A DNA stretch of 56,227 nucleotides from Armatimonadia bacterium (GTDB taxonomy: Bacteria; Armatimonadota; Zipacnadia; Zipacnadales; UBA11051), in contig JBDKRC010000062.1 of the NCBI GenBank assembly GCA_039683575.1, positions 1 to 56,227 on the forward strand. The letters are read 5' to 3'. Below the pieces are notes generated by a model, which saw nothing but the letters and a program-made list of their open reading frames with translations, made no database searches and was not told the DNA's origin. Both the position numbers and the translations under genes were made by a program. Of this stretch, positions 17,983 to 27,519 are shown one piece after another. Position 1 is the first letter of the stretch; each line of letters opens with the position of its first letter.

Positions 17983-19818
17983 ATGCCCGTTGTCGCCAAA
18001 GTGATAGCCCTAGCCACCCTCCTGGGCCTTGGTCAGGTGACTGGCTTGCAGTTTGAGAACCTGGGTGTTCCCATTGTCATACGCGAGCTGGCCATCAATG
18101 CGGTCACGCATGATCCTGACGGCTATGATCTTGCCTGGGGGATGCTCAACGTCGCGGGTGCCGGCGAGCAGGCCCTGATTGGCATCCGCCTCGACACTGG
18201 CGAGACCGTCTCTCTTGATGTTGCCAAATATGGGCTCAGCAAGACCACGGCCTTCCCCGGTGCGGATGGCGCTGTGTACGTCTATACCGGCAATCCCGCC
18301 CATTTTCTGCGCTATGACCCGGCCACGCGGAAGCTGGCCGATCTCGGCTGTCCTGCCACACCTGCCAACTACTTCGGCGGTCCCGCAATATCGTCTGATG
18401 GCGTTGCCTACATCGGCAGCTACCCCGGCACCCACGTCGCCTGGGTCAACACGAGAACCGGCGAGATTGGCACCCTGGGGCGTATGGCCGATGACAAGCG
18501 CCAGCAGTATGTGATCACCTGCGCGGTGGCGGACGACGGCTGGGTGTACTCAGGGACCGGGCTGCACCACATGGAACTGTGGGCCTGCAACCCCAAGACG
18601 CTGGAGAAGAAGCAGATTCTTCCGGAGCGGTTCCTGGGCTACCAGGGCAACCCGGGGGTCTGGACCGCAGCCGATGGGAAGGTCTATGGGCGGGCGAAGG
18701 ACACCACTTTCCTGTGCACCCCCACCGGCATCGAGGAGATGGCTGCCCCGCCCGCGCGCCCACGTCCGCCACTCAAGACAGGCGACTGGATCGTCGGCGG
18801 AGTGGACAATCAGGGCAAGATCGCCCTCACCCACGCCACCACCGGCGAGAAGAAGACCCTGCAGACCAGGTACGCCGGCCATCCGGCGAAGATCTTCTCG
18901 GTTGCGGCTGAGGGCGACGGCATCATCTACGGGTCATCGTTGCTGCCCGGCAATATGTTCACCGTAGACACCAAGACCGGCAAGCTCACCAATCTGGGCA
19001 TCATCACCACCGGGCCGCTGCAGGTCTACGACATCATCAACCGCCCGCAGGGGCTCTTCATCGGCACGTATATGGGTTCCCATGTAGACCTGTACCGGCC
19101 CGACCAGCCACTCAAGAAGGGCGAGAACCCGAAGTATCTGGGCAACGCCAAGGGCATGGAGCGGCCGGTTCAGTGGTGTCTGGGGCCCGACGGCATGCTC
19201 TACACAGGCAACACCCCCGCCAAGGGGCGCCTCGGCGGCGCGCTCATGCAGGTTGATCCCGACCAGGGCACAATTCGGACGTGGGCCAACATCATCCCGA
19301 ACCAGAGTATAGAGTATCTGGCTGCGGTCCCGGAGCAGAATCTGCTTTACGGAACCTGCACAATAGGGGGAGGCTCCAGTGCCATTCCCGTCGAAAAGGA
19401 GGCGGTCTGCTTCCTGTGGGACTGCAAAACCGAGCAGGTTGTGTGGCAGGGCCAGCCGCTTCCCGGCACTACGACCTATGGCCGGGCCATCCGCGCCGGC
19501 AACGGGCTGCTCTATGGCGTGGCAGGAAGCAAGTTCTATGTGTTTGACCCGATCAAGCGTGAGACAGTCTGTACGGGCGATCTTCCGGTCCGGGGTCTGA
19601 GCTTCCCGATGCTGCATGACGAGCCGGTCGGCCCGCGCGGCCTGCTCATCGGGATAGGCGACGGCGCAATCGTGGCCATTGATCCGGCCACCAACAAGGC
19701 GGAGATACTGGCCAAGCATCCGTCGCTAAGCGGCGTTCACGGATTCATGGTGGACAGCCAGAATACCCTCTACTACGGCTCTCAGACGGAGCTATGGCGG
19801 GTTCGGCTGCCACTTTAG
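17983..19818 (+). CDS. Secreted beta-propeller protein
   Basis: Signal-like N-terminus; repeated DG.(V/I)Y.G...YDP/VDP.T(G) blades; internal duplication (NLG/DLG). Confidence 0.7.
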   Translation: MPVVAKVIALATLLGLGQVTGLQFENLGVPIVIRELAINAVTHDPDGYDLAWGMLNVAGAGEQALIGIRLDTGETVSLDVAKYGLSKTTAFPGADGAVYVYTGNPAHFLRYDPATRKLADLGCPATPANYFGGPAISSDGVAYIGSYPGTHVAWVNTRTGEIGTLGRMADDKRQQYVITCAVADDGWVYSGTGLHHMELWACNPKTLEKKQILPERFLGYQGNPGVWTAADGKVYGRAKDTTFLCTPTGIEEMAAPPARPRPPLKTGDWIVGGVDNQGKIALTHATTGEKKTLQTRYAGHPAKIFSVAAEGDGIIYGSSLLPGNMFTVDTKTGKLTNLGIITTGPLQVYDIINRPQGLFIGTYMGSHVDLYRPDQPLKKGENPKYLGNAKGMERPVQWCLGPDGMLYTGNTPAKGRLGGALMQVDPDQGTIRTWANIIPNQSIEYLAAVPEQNLLYGTCTIGGGSSAIPVEKEAVCFLWDCKTEQVVWQGQPLPGTTTYGRAIRAGNGLLYGVAGSKFYVFDPIKRETVCTGDLPVRGLSFPMLHDEPVGPRGLLIGIGDGAIVAIDPATNKAEILAKHPSLSGVHGFMVDSQNTLYYGSQTELWRVRLPL

Positions 19819-19834
19819 ATTATCAGGAGCCACC

Positions 19835-20710
19835 ATGTTCATCGACATTCACACTCACACGATTCGCCTCTACGACGAACGCCAGCGCGCGATCTGCCGC
19901 TGGACAAGCCCCGAGCAGTTGCTTTCCATGTGGGACGACCTGGGGATCGACAAGGGTGTCGTCCTGCCTCTTGTCCACCACGAGATCGGCGAGATCCTGC
20001 AGACCAATGAGAACGTGCTGGACATCTACAACCAGTATCCCGACCGCATCATCCCCTTCTGCAACTTCGATGTGCGGTACTGGTACAACAACTCAAAGAC
20101 CGACTACAGCAAGGCGCTGGAGCACTACAAGTCTCTCGGCTGCAAGGGCGTCGGCGAGTACGTTTCCAACGTGTGGTGGGATGACGAGCGCAGCCTAAAC
20201 TTCCTTTCACACGTCGAGAAAGCTGGCCTGCCGCTGCTATTTCACGTAGCCAGCGCGAACCGGGGGATGTACGGGCTCGTAGACGAACTCGGTCTGCCGA
20301 AGCTTGAGAAGGTACTGGACATGTTCCCCAAGCTGCAGTTCATCGGCCACAGCATGGCCTTCTGGTCCGCGATTAGCGGCGATGCCAGCCCCGAGAACTG
20401 GATGGGCTATCCCTCCGGCCCTGTTACCCCCGGGGGGGCGCTGCCCCGGCTTCTGAAACACTATGACAACCTCTGGTGCGACTTCTCAGCGGGCAGCGGC
20501 AACAACGCCATCGTTCGCGACTGGGACTTCGGCTGCGCCTTCATGGAAGAGTTCCAGGACCGCGTGCTGTTCGGCACCGACATCTGCGGGTGCCCGCAGA
20601 AGGTAGACCAGGTGGACACGATGAACAACGCCCTGGCGCAGCAGAAGATCAGCCACGCGGCGTACGAGAAGATTACGCACCTCAACGCGGAGAAGCTACT
20701 GGGGCTGTAG
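19835..20710 (+). CDS. Amidohydrolase family 2 protein
   Basis: IDIHTH, KGVGE, LLFH, FIGH, DRVLFGTD, NAEKLLGL; AGGAG RBS. Confidence 0.9.
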   Translation: MFIDIHTHTIRLYDERQRAICRWTSPEQLLSMWDDLGIDKGVVLPLVHHEIGEILQTNENVLDIYNQYPDRIIPFCNFDVRYWYNNSKTDYSKALEHYKSLGCKGVGEYVSNVWWDDERSLNFLSHVEKAGLPLLFHVASANRGMYGLVDELGLPKLEKVLDMFPKLQFIGHSMAFWSAISGDASPENWMGYPSGPVTPGGALPRLLKHYDNLWCDFSAGSGNNAIVRDWDFGCAFMEEFQDRVLFGTDICGCPQKVDQVDTMNNALAQQKISHAAYEKITHLNAEKLLGL

Positions 20711-20735
20711 TGTGTTGCGATAGCTGAAGTACATG

Positions 20736-20768
20736 CGAGGCCCCGCTCTGGCGGGGTCTCGTCGTTTC
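20736..20768 (+). terminator. Probable intrinsic terminator
   Basis: CGAGGCCCCGC-TCTG-GCGGGGTCTCG stem followed by TCGTTTC. Confidence 0.55.
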
Positions 20769-20772
20769 TGGG

Positions 20773-20799
20773 GAAGGTTGCGGGGCACGTGAGCGGGAA
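20773..20799 (+). promoter_or_regulatory. Putative alternative-sigma promoter GAAGG-N18-GGAA
   Basis: Directly after the terminator and 41 nt upstream of the GH29 start. Confidence 0.55.
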
Positions 20800-20839
20800 G
20801 CGTGAGTGAAGAGACCTTGAGCAGTGAGAGTGAACCAAA

Positions 20840-22123
20840 ATGCAGTATTTCGGCGATGAACGCGACTGGTTCTTTGACGCCCGCTTCGGCCTGTTCGTCC
20901 ACTGGGGCATCTATGCCGTGGCTGGCTGGCATGAGCAGCACCAGTGGCGCGGCCGGGTGCCGCGGGCGGAGTATGTGAAGCTGGCCGGGCAGTGGAACCC
21001 CGTCAAGTTCGACCCAGACCAGTGGCTCGACCTCGCTGAGAGCGCCGGGATGCGCTATATCTGCCTGACGACGAAGCACCACGATGGCTTCTGCCTGTGG
21101 GACACGAAGCTGACGGACTTCAACACGATGAACACGCCCTACGGCAGGGACATCGTGGGGATGCTGGCCGAGGCATGCCACCGGCGAAAGCTGCCGCTGT
21201 GCCTGTACTACTCCTGCGCGGACTGGCACCATCCGAACTACCCCAACGAGGGAAGACACCACGAGCTTGAACCGCAGCCTGGGGATGAGCCGGACCTGAT
21301 GAAGTACCTGGAGTTCCTCAAGGGCCAGGTCCGAGAGCTTTGCACCAACTATGGGGAGATCCACGGCTTCTGGTGGGACATGAACGTGCCGGGGCATGTT
21401 GACCCGAGCATCAACAGCATGATCCGGCAGCTTCAGCCCTCGTGTGTCATCAACAACCGTGGGTATGACGAGGGGGACTTCGGCACGCCAGAGCGTGACT
21501 ACGAGGCTGGCGCTGATGAGGCTGTGGGTCAGGGACGGCCCGTAGAGGCGTGTCAGTCTGTCGGTATCGAGGCCTGGGGCTACAGGCGGGACGAGGACTA
21601 CTATACCGACCGGCACCTGCTGCGGAGCCTGGACAAGTTCATGGCGCGCGGGGCGAACTACCTGCTGAATGTAGGCCCAACCGGAGAGGGTATCATCCCG
21701 TCGGAGGCCGAAGCCATCCTGCGGCGAATAGGGACATGGTATGGGGCCGTTAAGGAAGCGCTGCTGGACGTGCAGCCAGCCTCTAACCTGACGGTGAACC
21801 GTGAGGTATTGCTGACGCGGCGAGGCAACACCATCTATGTGCACCTGCACCGCGACCCGGTGACCAGCGCGGTGAAGCTCAAGCCGCTGGACGTGCTGCC
21901 GAAGTCAGCGGTGCTGCTCAATGACGGGCGGGCGGTGGAATGCGCGGTGGACCTGCTGCCGAGCGAGCACGTAGACTTCAAGCCGTACTTGCGGCTGAAG
22001 AACCTGCCCGTGAATGAGCTGTGCAACACCGTGCTGGTGGGGAAGCTGGAGTTTGAGGACCTGTCGGCGTTTGAGACGAAGGTTGAGAATGTGCCTGAAG
22101 GTGTAGATGTTCGGCAGATGTAG
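20840..22123 (+). CDS. GH29 alpha-L-fucosidase (no signal peptide)
   Basis: WFFDARFGLFVHWG, FDPDQW, TTKHHDGFCLW, GFWWD nucleophile, INNR, NYLLNVGP. Confidence 0.93.
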   Translation: MQYFGDERDWFFDARFGLFVHWGIYAVAGWHEQHQWRGRVPRAEYVKLAGQWNPVKFDPDQWLDLAESAGMRYICLTTKHHDGFCLWDTKLTDFNTMNTPYGRDIVGMLAEACHRRKLPLCLYYSCADWHHPNYPNEGRHHELEPQPGDEPDLMKYLEFLKGQVRELCTNYGEIHGFWWDMNVPGHVDPSINSMIRQLQPSCVINNRGYDEGDFGTPERDYEAGADEAVGQGRPVEACQSVGIEAWGYRRDEDYYTDRHLLRSLDKFMARGANYLLNVGPTGEGIIPSEAEAILRRIGTWYGAVKEALLDVQPASNLTVNREVLLTRRGNTIYVHLHRDPVTSAVKLKPLDVLPKSAVLLNDGRAVECAVDLLPSEHVDFKPYLRLKNLPVNELCNTVLVGKLEFEDLSAFETKVENVPEGVDVRQM

Positions 22124-22135
22124 AAACTGGAGGAC

Positions 22136-25111
22136 ATGATGCGCTACCTCGCTATCCTGCCGCTGCTGATCGTGGGTGCCGTCTGGCCGCAACAGACGCC
22201 GGATTTCCTGGACGTGCGCGAGATGGGGGCCTCCGGGTCCAAGTTCAACACCACCGCCACCATCGCCGCAGGCTCCAAGGCGATCACCGTAGCCGATGCG
22301 GGCGACTTCAAGGCCGGACAGGGCGTGATGCTGTCGCGGGCCAATATCCAGTTCAGCAAGCCCGTGCTGTGGGGGCCGAGGGAGAAGTACGCGGCCTCGA
22401 AGGCTGCGGGAGACCTCGTGCAGCTTCGCGGGTACGACGGCAGCCTGGGTGGCTGGACCATCTACATCATCGACATTGATGGCAAAGACCCGGCGACCTT
22501 CCGCTGGAGTGACGATTTCTGCCGCACGTGGAAGGGCACGAAGGTCAAGATCACGGGCGACTGGCAGCCCCTGTCGGGCGGGACGGAGATCAAGCTCGGC
22601 AATCTCGACTGGGGCAGTGGCTACGTGGTGACCTTCAGCGCGCGAGACCAGCTTCAATCGATGATAGAGAAGGTCGAGGGCAAGACGATCACGCTGCGCG
22701 ACGCGCCGACGCGGGAGGCCAAGGACGCGGTGCTGCGCCACAATGACACCGAGGCGCTGCAGGCCGCCATTGACAAGGGCATCGCCGAGAAGCGCAATGT
22801 GTACTTCCCGCCGGGTACGTACTGCATCGCGCGGGGCCTGAAGGTGAATAGGGCGGCAGGGCTGACGCTTGAGGGCGCCAACGGTGTGGACACCATCCTG
22901 GATATCAGCGAGGGCGAGGGGGCTTGCTTCGAGCTGCGGGACGGCACCGAAGTCAACATCCGCAACTTTCGGATGATCGGCAACACCGGCTTCGACGCAC
23001 GCGATCAAGCCGGCTATCTGCCCTGCCAGGGGGCGGGCGGGGTCTGGGGGTTCTACCTCAAACCCACCCATGGGATGATGGTCAGCAACACCGAGCGCGT
23101 GCTGCTCGAGAATTGCCACGCCAGCAAGATGAGCGGGGAGTGCTTCTACTCCGGCGGCCGGTCGCGAGCCTGGAACCAGCCCGAGCCGGCGCAGTACACG
23201 AAGGCCATCACGTACCTGCGCTGCTCGGTGACCGACAGCGCCCGGAATGCCTTCAACAACAACGACATGGCCGAGAATACGAGCGTACTCTACTGCCGTG
23301 TCGTGGATGTCGGTGGCTGCACCTGGGAGGGCGCCTCGCGCTTCGTGCGCTTCATCGGCAACTACGTGCGGAACGCGGGCACGGTGGCGATGGGCAACAT
23401 ACGCAGCCGTGACGAGCGGTATGAGCAGCTTGGCTCCGGTCAGCACATCATTGCAGACAATGTCTTCGAGGGCAACATCTGCTATGGTGGCGTGGCCATC
23501 CGCGCGGCAGCCGGGGCCTCGCAGGTCATCGTCCGCAACAACTTGTTCATCAACTTCAACTCCGGCGCTGTGGACATCAGCGCCTGGAACAGCAACCGCG
23601 ACCTGACCGCGGAGACGTCAGACATCAGTGGCAATATCTTTGACATGACCGACATCACCAGCAAGCCCGCAGCCCGCACGGCGGTACTGGTGAGCGGGTC
23701 GAATGTGAGCGTCGAGGACAACCAGATATATGTGCGCGGCACGGTGGACCCGCTGGTGACGGCGATTCACCTGTGGGAACCCGCAGTGAACCTGAACGTG
23801 CATGACAACCTGATCCGCAACTGCGGGGCCGGGCTGAAGGTCGAGCGCGGCAGTTCCAGGGTCACTGAGGTCATGAACCCCACTACCTTCGCCGCCACGG
23901 GTAAGATTCCGCTGGAACGGCGGCAGTCGCACCGTTACCAGGGCTGGAACGTGGTCTGGTCGCGCGGCGGCAAGATCATGGGCAAGGCGGGCATCGCCGA
24001 GTTCGATCCCGTGGCCGTGCAGTTCAAGCTCAAGGCCCCCGCAGACCTGAAGGTCGGGGACATCATCGAGGTCTTCCCGCCGAGTGGCAGTAACTGGGAC
24101 CTGCACCACAACACGGTAGCGAACTGCCTGGCCCCGGTGAGTCTGGACCTCTACGGCAGCCCAACGACTACCTTCCGGAGCAACATCATCACCGCCGGTG
24201 ACGCAGCGACGAAGGAAGCTGTGGCCGTCAAGGGGCGAGTGAACCTGCTGGACAACACGTTCTCGGGGTTCACGGCCAAGGACCAGGCGGCGCTGGCGCT
24301 GTATCCGGATCGGTTCGGGAAACCCAACGCCAACCTGTGCGAGGGCAACGTATTCGACAACTGCCTCCTGCCGGTCAGCGAGAGCGTGTCAGGGCTCTGG
24401 GACGCATACCGCGGCAGTGGGAACGTATTCGTCAACTGCGGGTCACAGCCGAAGCCATTGGCAGCGCCGGTGCAGAACATCAAGCCGGTCTTGCGGAAGG
24501 TAGAGGTGGCGGTGGGCGGGAGCCTGCGCGCGCCGAAGGTGACCAAGCCCGTGACGCTTGACGGGAAAGTAACCGAGTGGCCATGGACTGACAAGCAGCG
24601 GGTGACGATCCTGCAGCAGTCCCCATCCGGTGGGCCAGGCGCGGGCCCGAAGTCGCAGATGCTCGCGGCGCATGACGACAGCTATGTCTACGTGGCCCTG
24701 CGGGTGTCGCTGCCCGCGAACTACAAGCTCAACACTAGTGGCGGGTCGTATGCAAGCGACGGTATGGAGCTTGCCTTTGCCAGCGGCGATCCCAAGGTGC
24801 CCTCGGCGACGTTCGTCATGTGGGGCGGGGCAGGGGGAACGTTCACTCTGGTACCCGTCGGCGGGGCAGACGGGGAGCAGGCGGACCTGCTTAGCAAGCA
24901 GGTGAAGTACGCCGCAGCGGCGGGTAAGGACGAATGGACGGCGGAATGGCGGCTGCCGCTGGCGGTGTTGGGGCCGCAGAGCAAGACGGTCAAGAAGCTG
25001 CTCTTCAACGTCGGAATCCGCTATCCGGCCATCGACTACTGGTCGGCATGGGTTGGAACCGGCGCGGAGCTGTTCAGGGTGGAAAGCGCCGGGCAACTCA
25101 TCCTGGAGTAG
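22136..25111 (+). CDS. Secreted right-handed beta-helix (pectin-lyase-like) protein with C-terminal CBM9/DOMON-like domain
   Basis: Signal peptide; DVREMGA, NDTEALQAAID, VYFPPGTY, Asn-ladder repeats; C-terminal LDGKVTEW...WTAEWRLPL. Confidence 0.75.
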   Translation: MMRYLAILPLLIVGAVWPQQTPDFLDVREMGASGSKFNTTATIAAGSKAITVADAGDFKAGQGVMLSRANIQFSKPVLWGPREKYAASKAAGDLVQLRGYDGSLGGWTIYIIDIDGKDPATFRWSDDFCRTWKGTKVKITGDWQPLSGGTEIKLGNLDWGSGYVVTFSARDQLQSMIEKVEGKTITLRDAPTREAKDAVLRHNDTEALQAAIDKGIAEKRNVYFPPGTYCIARGLKVNRAAGLTLEGANGVDTILDISEGEGACFELRDGTEVNIRNFRMIGNTGFDARDQAGYLPCQGAGGVWGFYLKPTHGMMVSNTERVLLENCHASKMSGECFYSGGRSRAWNQPEPAQYTKAITYLRCSVTDSARNAFNNNDMAENTSVLYCRVVDVGGCTWEGASRFVRFIGNYVRNAGTVAMGNIRSRDERYEQLGSGQHIIADNVFEGNICYGGVAIRAAAGASQVIVRNNLFINFNSGAVDISAWNSNRDLTAETSDISGNIFDMTDITSKPAARTAVLVSGSNVSVEDNQIYVRGTVDPLVTAIHLWEPAVNLNVHDNLIRNCGAGLKVERGSSRVTEVMNPTTFAATGKIPLERRQSHRYQGWNVVWSRGGKIMGKAGIAEFDPVAVQFKLKAPADLKVGDIIEVFPPSGSNWDLHHNTVANCLAPVSLDLYGSPTTTFRSNIITAGDAATKEAVAVKGRVNLLDNTFSGFTAKDQAALALYPDRFGKPNANLCEGNVFDNCLLPVSESVSGLWDAYRGSGNVFVNCGSQPKPLAAPVQNIKPVLRKVEVAVGGSLRAPKVTKPVTLDGKVTEWPWTDKQRVTILQQSPSGGPGAGPKSQMLAAHDDSYVYVALRVSLPANYKLNTSGGSYASDGMELAFASGDPKVPSATFVMWGGAGGTFTLVPVGGADGEQADLLSKQVKYAAAAGKDEWTAEWRLPLAVLGPQSKTVKKLLFNVGIRYPAIDYWSAWVGTGAELFRVESAGQLILE

Positions 25112-25178
25112 GCGCATGACTTGATTGGCCGCTGTATCGACCTTGTTATCCTGAAGCAGCCTTACGAAGGAGACTCCG

Positions 25179-26576
25179 ATGAAGATCGGCTGGGCGCATG
25201 TTGATGTCACTCCCGACCGGCCCGTTATCTTGCGCGGGCAGTTCCATGTTCGCATCTCGCAGTATGTCAACGACCCGCTGACCTGCACCATACTGGCCCT
25301 GGAGCAGGACGACCACCAGGCCATCATGGTCAGTTGCGATCGCGTGAACATGCCCTATCCACTCGAGGCGCGGGTGCGCGAGGCCGTGGCAAAGCGCTTG
25401 CCGGGGTTCGACCCGCGCAACCTGCTCATGAATGCGACCCACACTCACACAGCCGCCGAAGTGGAGGAGGGCATCTATCCGGACCAGGGGCCCGACGTGA
25501 TGCCGCCGACCGAGTACGCCGAGTTCTTTACGGCGAGGGTGACCGAGGCGATCGCGCAAGCGTGGGAGAGCCGTGCGCCGGGCGGCGTGAGCTGGGGCTA
25601 CGGCCATGCGGTAGTGGGCCACAACCGCCGGCTGTGCTATCAGGGCGGGATGGCGAAGATGTATGGCAAGAGCAACCAGTCAGACTTCAGCCATGTGGAG
25701 GGCTACGAGGACCACGGCGTGGACCTTCTATTCACCTGGGACCTCAACGAGACGCTGACGGGCGTCATCGTCAACGTCGCCTGCCCTTCACAGGTGACCG
25801 AGGGCGAGTCCTACGTGTCGGCTGATTTCTGGCATGAGGCGCGGGAGGAGATACACCGTCGGCTTGGTGATGACGTGCAGATCTTCGCGCAGTGTGCCGC
25901 GGCAGGGGACCAGTCGCCACACCTGCTGCTTGAGCAACGTTCCGAGGAACTGATGCGGCGGCGCAGGGGGCTGACGGAGCGCCAGGAGATTGGGCGCAGG
26001 ATCGCTAACGCCGTGGAGGGTGTTCTGCCGTGGGCGCGGGAGGAGATTGTCACTCACCCGGCCTTCGCGCACGTCGTGAAGGACGTAAACCTCCCGACGC
26101 GGCTGGTTACGCGGGCTGATTACGATGAAGCGGCGGCGCAGGTGGCCCACTGGGAGGCCCAGCCGGCTGACCCGAGCGACATCTATGCCTTCTCGGTCCG
26201 CTATGTCATGCTGAGACGGTATGGCAAGGTAATGACCCGCTATCAAACACAGCAGGAAGACTGCCTTTACCAGACCGAAGTGCACGCCCTGCGCATCGGC
26301 GACGTGGCTATCGCGACGAACCCGTTCGAGTTGTTCCTCGACTACGGCATGCGCATGAAGGCCCGCAGCCAGGCCGTGCAGACGTTTGTGGTGCAGCTTA
26401 CCGGCACGGGCAAGAACACGATGTCAGGGTATCTGCCGACAGCGCGTGCGGTGGCCGCCAAGAGCTATGGGGCGGAGGTCGCCGACAACCGCGTGGGTCC
26501 CGAGGCCGGGCAGGTGCTGGTCGATCAGACCCTCGACCTGATCAACAGCCTCTGGGAGACGCCCGCGGCACAGTGA
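25179..26576 (+). CDS. Neutral/alkaline ceramidase-like metal-dependent hydrolase
   Basis: DVTP, DPL, NATHTHTA, GHNRR, ACPSQ, SADF, AAGDQSP, RIGD...NPFELF, GYLPT; AAGGAG RBS. Confidence 0.75.
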   Translation: MKIGWAHVDVTPDRPVILRGQFHVRISQYVNDPLTCTILALEQDDHQAIMVSCDRVNMPYPLEARVREAVAKRLPGFDPRNLLMNATHTHTAAEVEEGIYPDQGPDVMPPTEYAEFFTARVTEAIAQAWESRAPGGVSWGYGHAVVGHNRRLCYQGGMAKMYGKSNQSDFSHVEGYEDHGVDLLFTWDLNETLTGVIVNVACPSQVTEGESYVSADFWHEAREEIHRRLGDDVQIFAQCAAAGDQSPHLLLEQRSEELMRRRRGLTERQEIGRRIANAVEGVLPWAREEIVTHPAFAHVVKDVNLPTRLVTRADYDEAAAQVAHWEAQPADPSDIYAFSVRYVMLRRYGKVMTRYQTQQEDCLYQTEVHALRIGDVAIATNPFELFLDYGMRMKARSQAVQTFVVQLTGTGKNTMSGYLPTARAVAAKSYGAEVADNRVGPEAGQVLVDQTLDLINSLWETPAAQ

Positions 26577-26607
26577 ACGTCAGCCCCCTCCTCGCGTCAA
26601 CAGACCA

Positions 26608-27483
26608 ATGAGCGATTCGGTTCTGAGCAGCGACCGCCGCCGAAGACCAAGTGGCTGTCGCTGCTGCGGCTGTTTGCTGCTAACGCTGCCGCTGCTCTTT
26701 ACGCTGGCGCTCTGGTGGGAGGCTCGCCCGGTGCATCTGACGCAGTCAGTGATCGAGATCCCCGGCCTGCCGCAGGAGTTCGACGGCCTGCGATTGGCCT
26801 TCCTGGCCGATATCCATCGCGGGCCGTTCATGTCCGAGGCGCGGATTGCCAAGGTGGTCATGAGCGTCGACAAGGCGCGGCCGGACGTCATCGGCCTCGG
26901 TGGCGACTACGTCCACCGCTCCAAGCGCTACATACCCTCAGTATGGCGCGAGTTGGGGGCCCTCAGGGCGCCGCTGGGCGTCTATGGGGTCCTGGGTAAC
27001 CATGACTATTGGGAGAGCAAAGACCTGTCGCTGAAGGCGATGGCACACGCGGGGGTTGTGAACCTCACCAACCGCAACGTGCCGCTGGAACGCAACGGAA
27101 AGCGGATCTTCATCGCGGGAGTAGACGACTTCTGGGCTGGAAAGCCGGACCTGGAGGCGGCGTTGAAGGGTATTCCGGAAGACGGCGTCGCCATAGTGCT
27201 GTGCCACAACCCGGACTACATCGAGGAGCAGACGGACTTTCGTGCGAAACTGTGGCTGTCCGGGCACACGCATGGGGGACAGGTGTGCCTGCCCGGCGGC
27301 AGGCCGTTCATTCATCCCTCCAAGTGCGGCCTGCGCTATATTGCCGGGCTGGCAACCTGCGAGGGGATGCAGATCTACATCAGCCGCGGTGTGGGGACCG
27401 TGACACCACCGTGGCGCCTGAACTGCCCCGCCGAGGTGCCGATTATCGAACTCCGCGCGGCGCCCAAGTTCGTCACCCCTTGA
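26608..27483 (+). CDS. Calcineurin-like metallophosphoesterase (YkuE/YaeI type)
   Basis: DIH, GGD, GNHD, CHNPD, SGHTHGGQ, SRGVG; N-terminal membrane anchor. Confidence 0.93.
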   Translation: MSDSVLSSDRRRRPSGCRCCGCLLLTLPLLFTLALWWEARPVHLTQSVIEIPGLPQEFDGLRLAFLADIHRGPFMSEARIAKVVMSVDKARPDVIGLGGDYVHRSKRYIPSVWRELGALRAPLGVYGVLGNHDYWESKDLSLKAMAHAGVVNLTNRNVPLERNGKRIFIAGVDDFWAGKPDLEAALKGIPEDGVAIVLCHNPDYIEEQTDFRAKLWLSGHTHGGQVCLPGGRPFIHPSKCGLRYIAGLATCEGMQIYISRGVGTVTPPWRLNCPAEVPIIELRAAPKFVTP

Positions 27484-27519
27484 CATTTTCCCCCGCAAAG
27501 GGAAGACTCTCTTCAGTCT

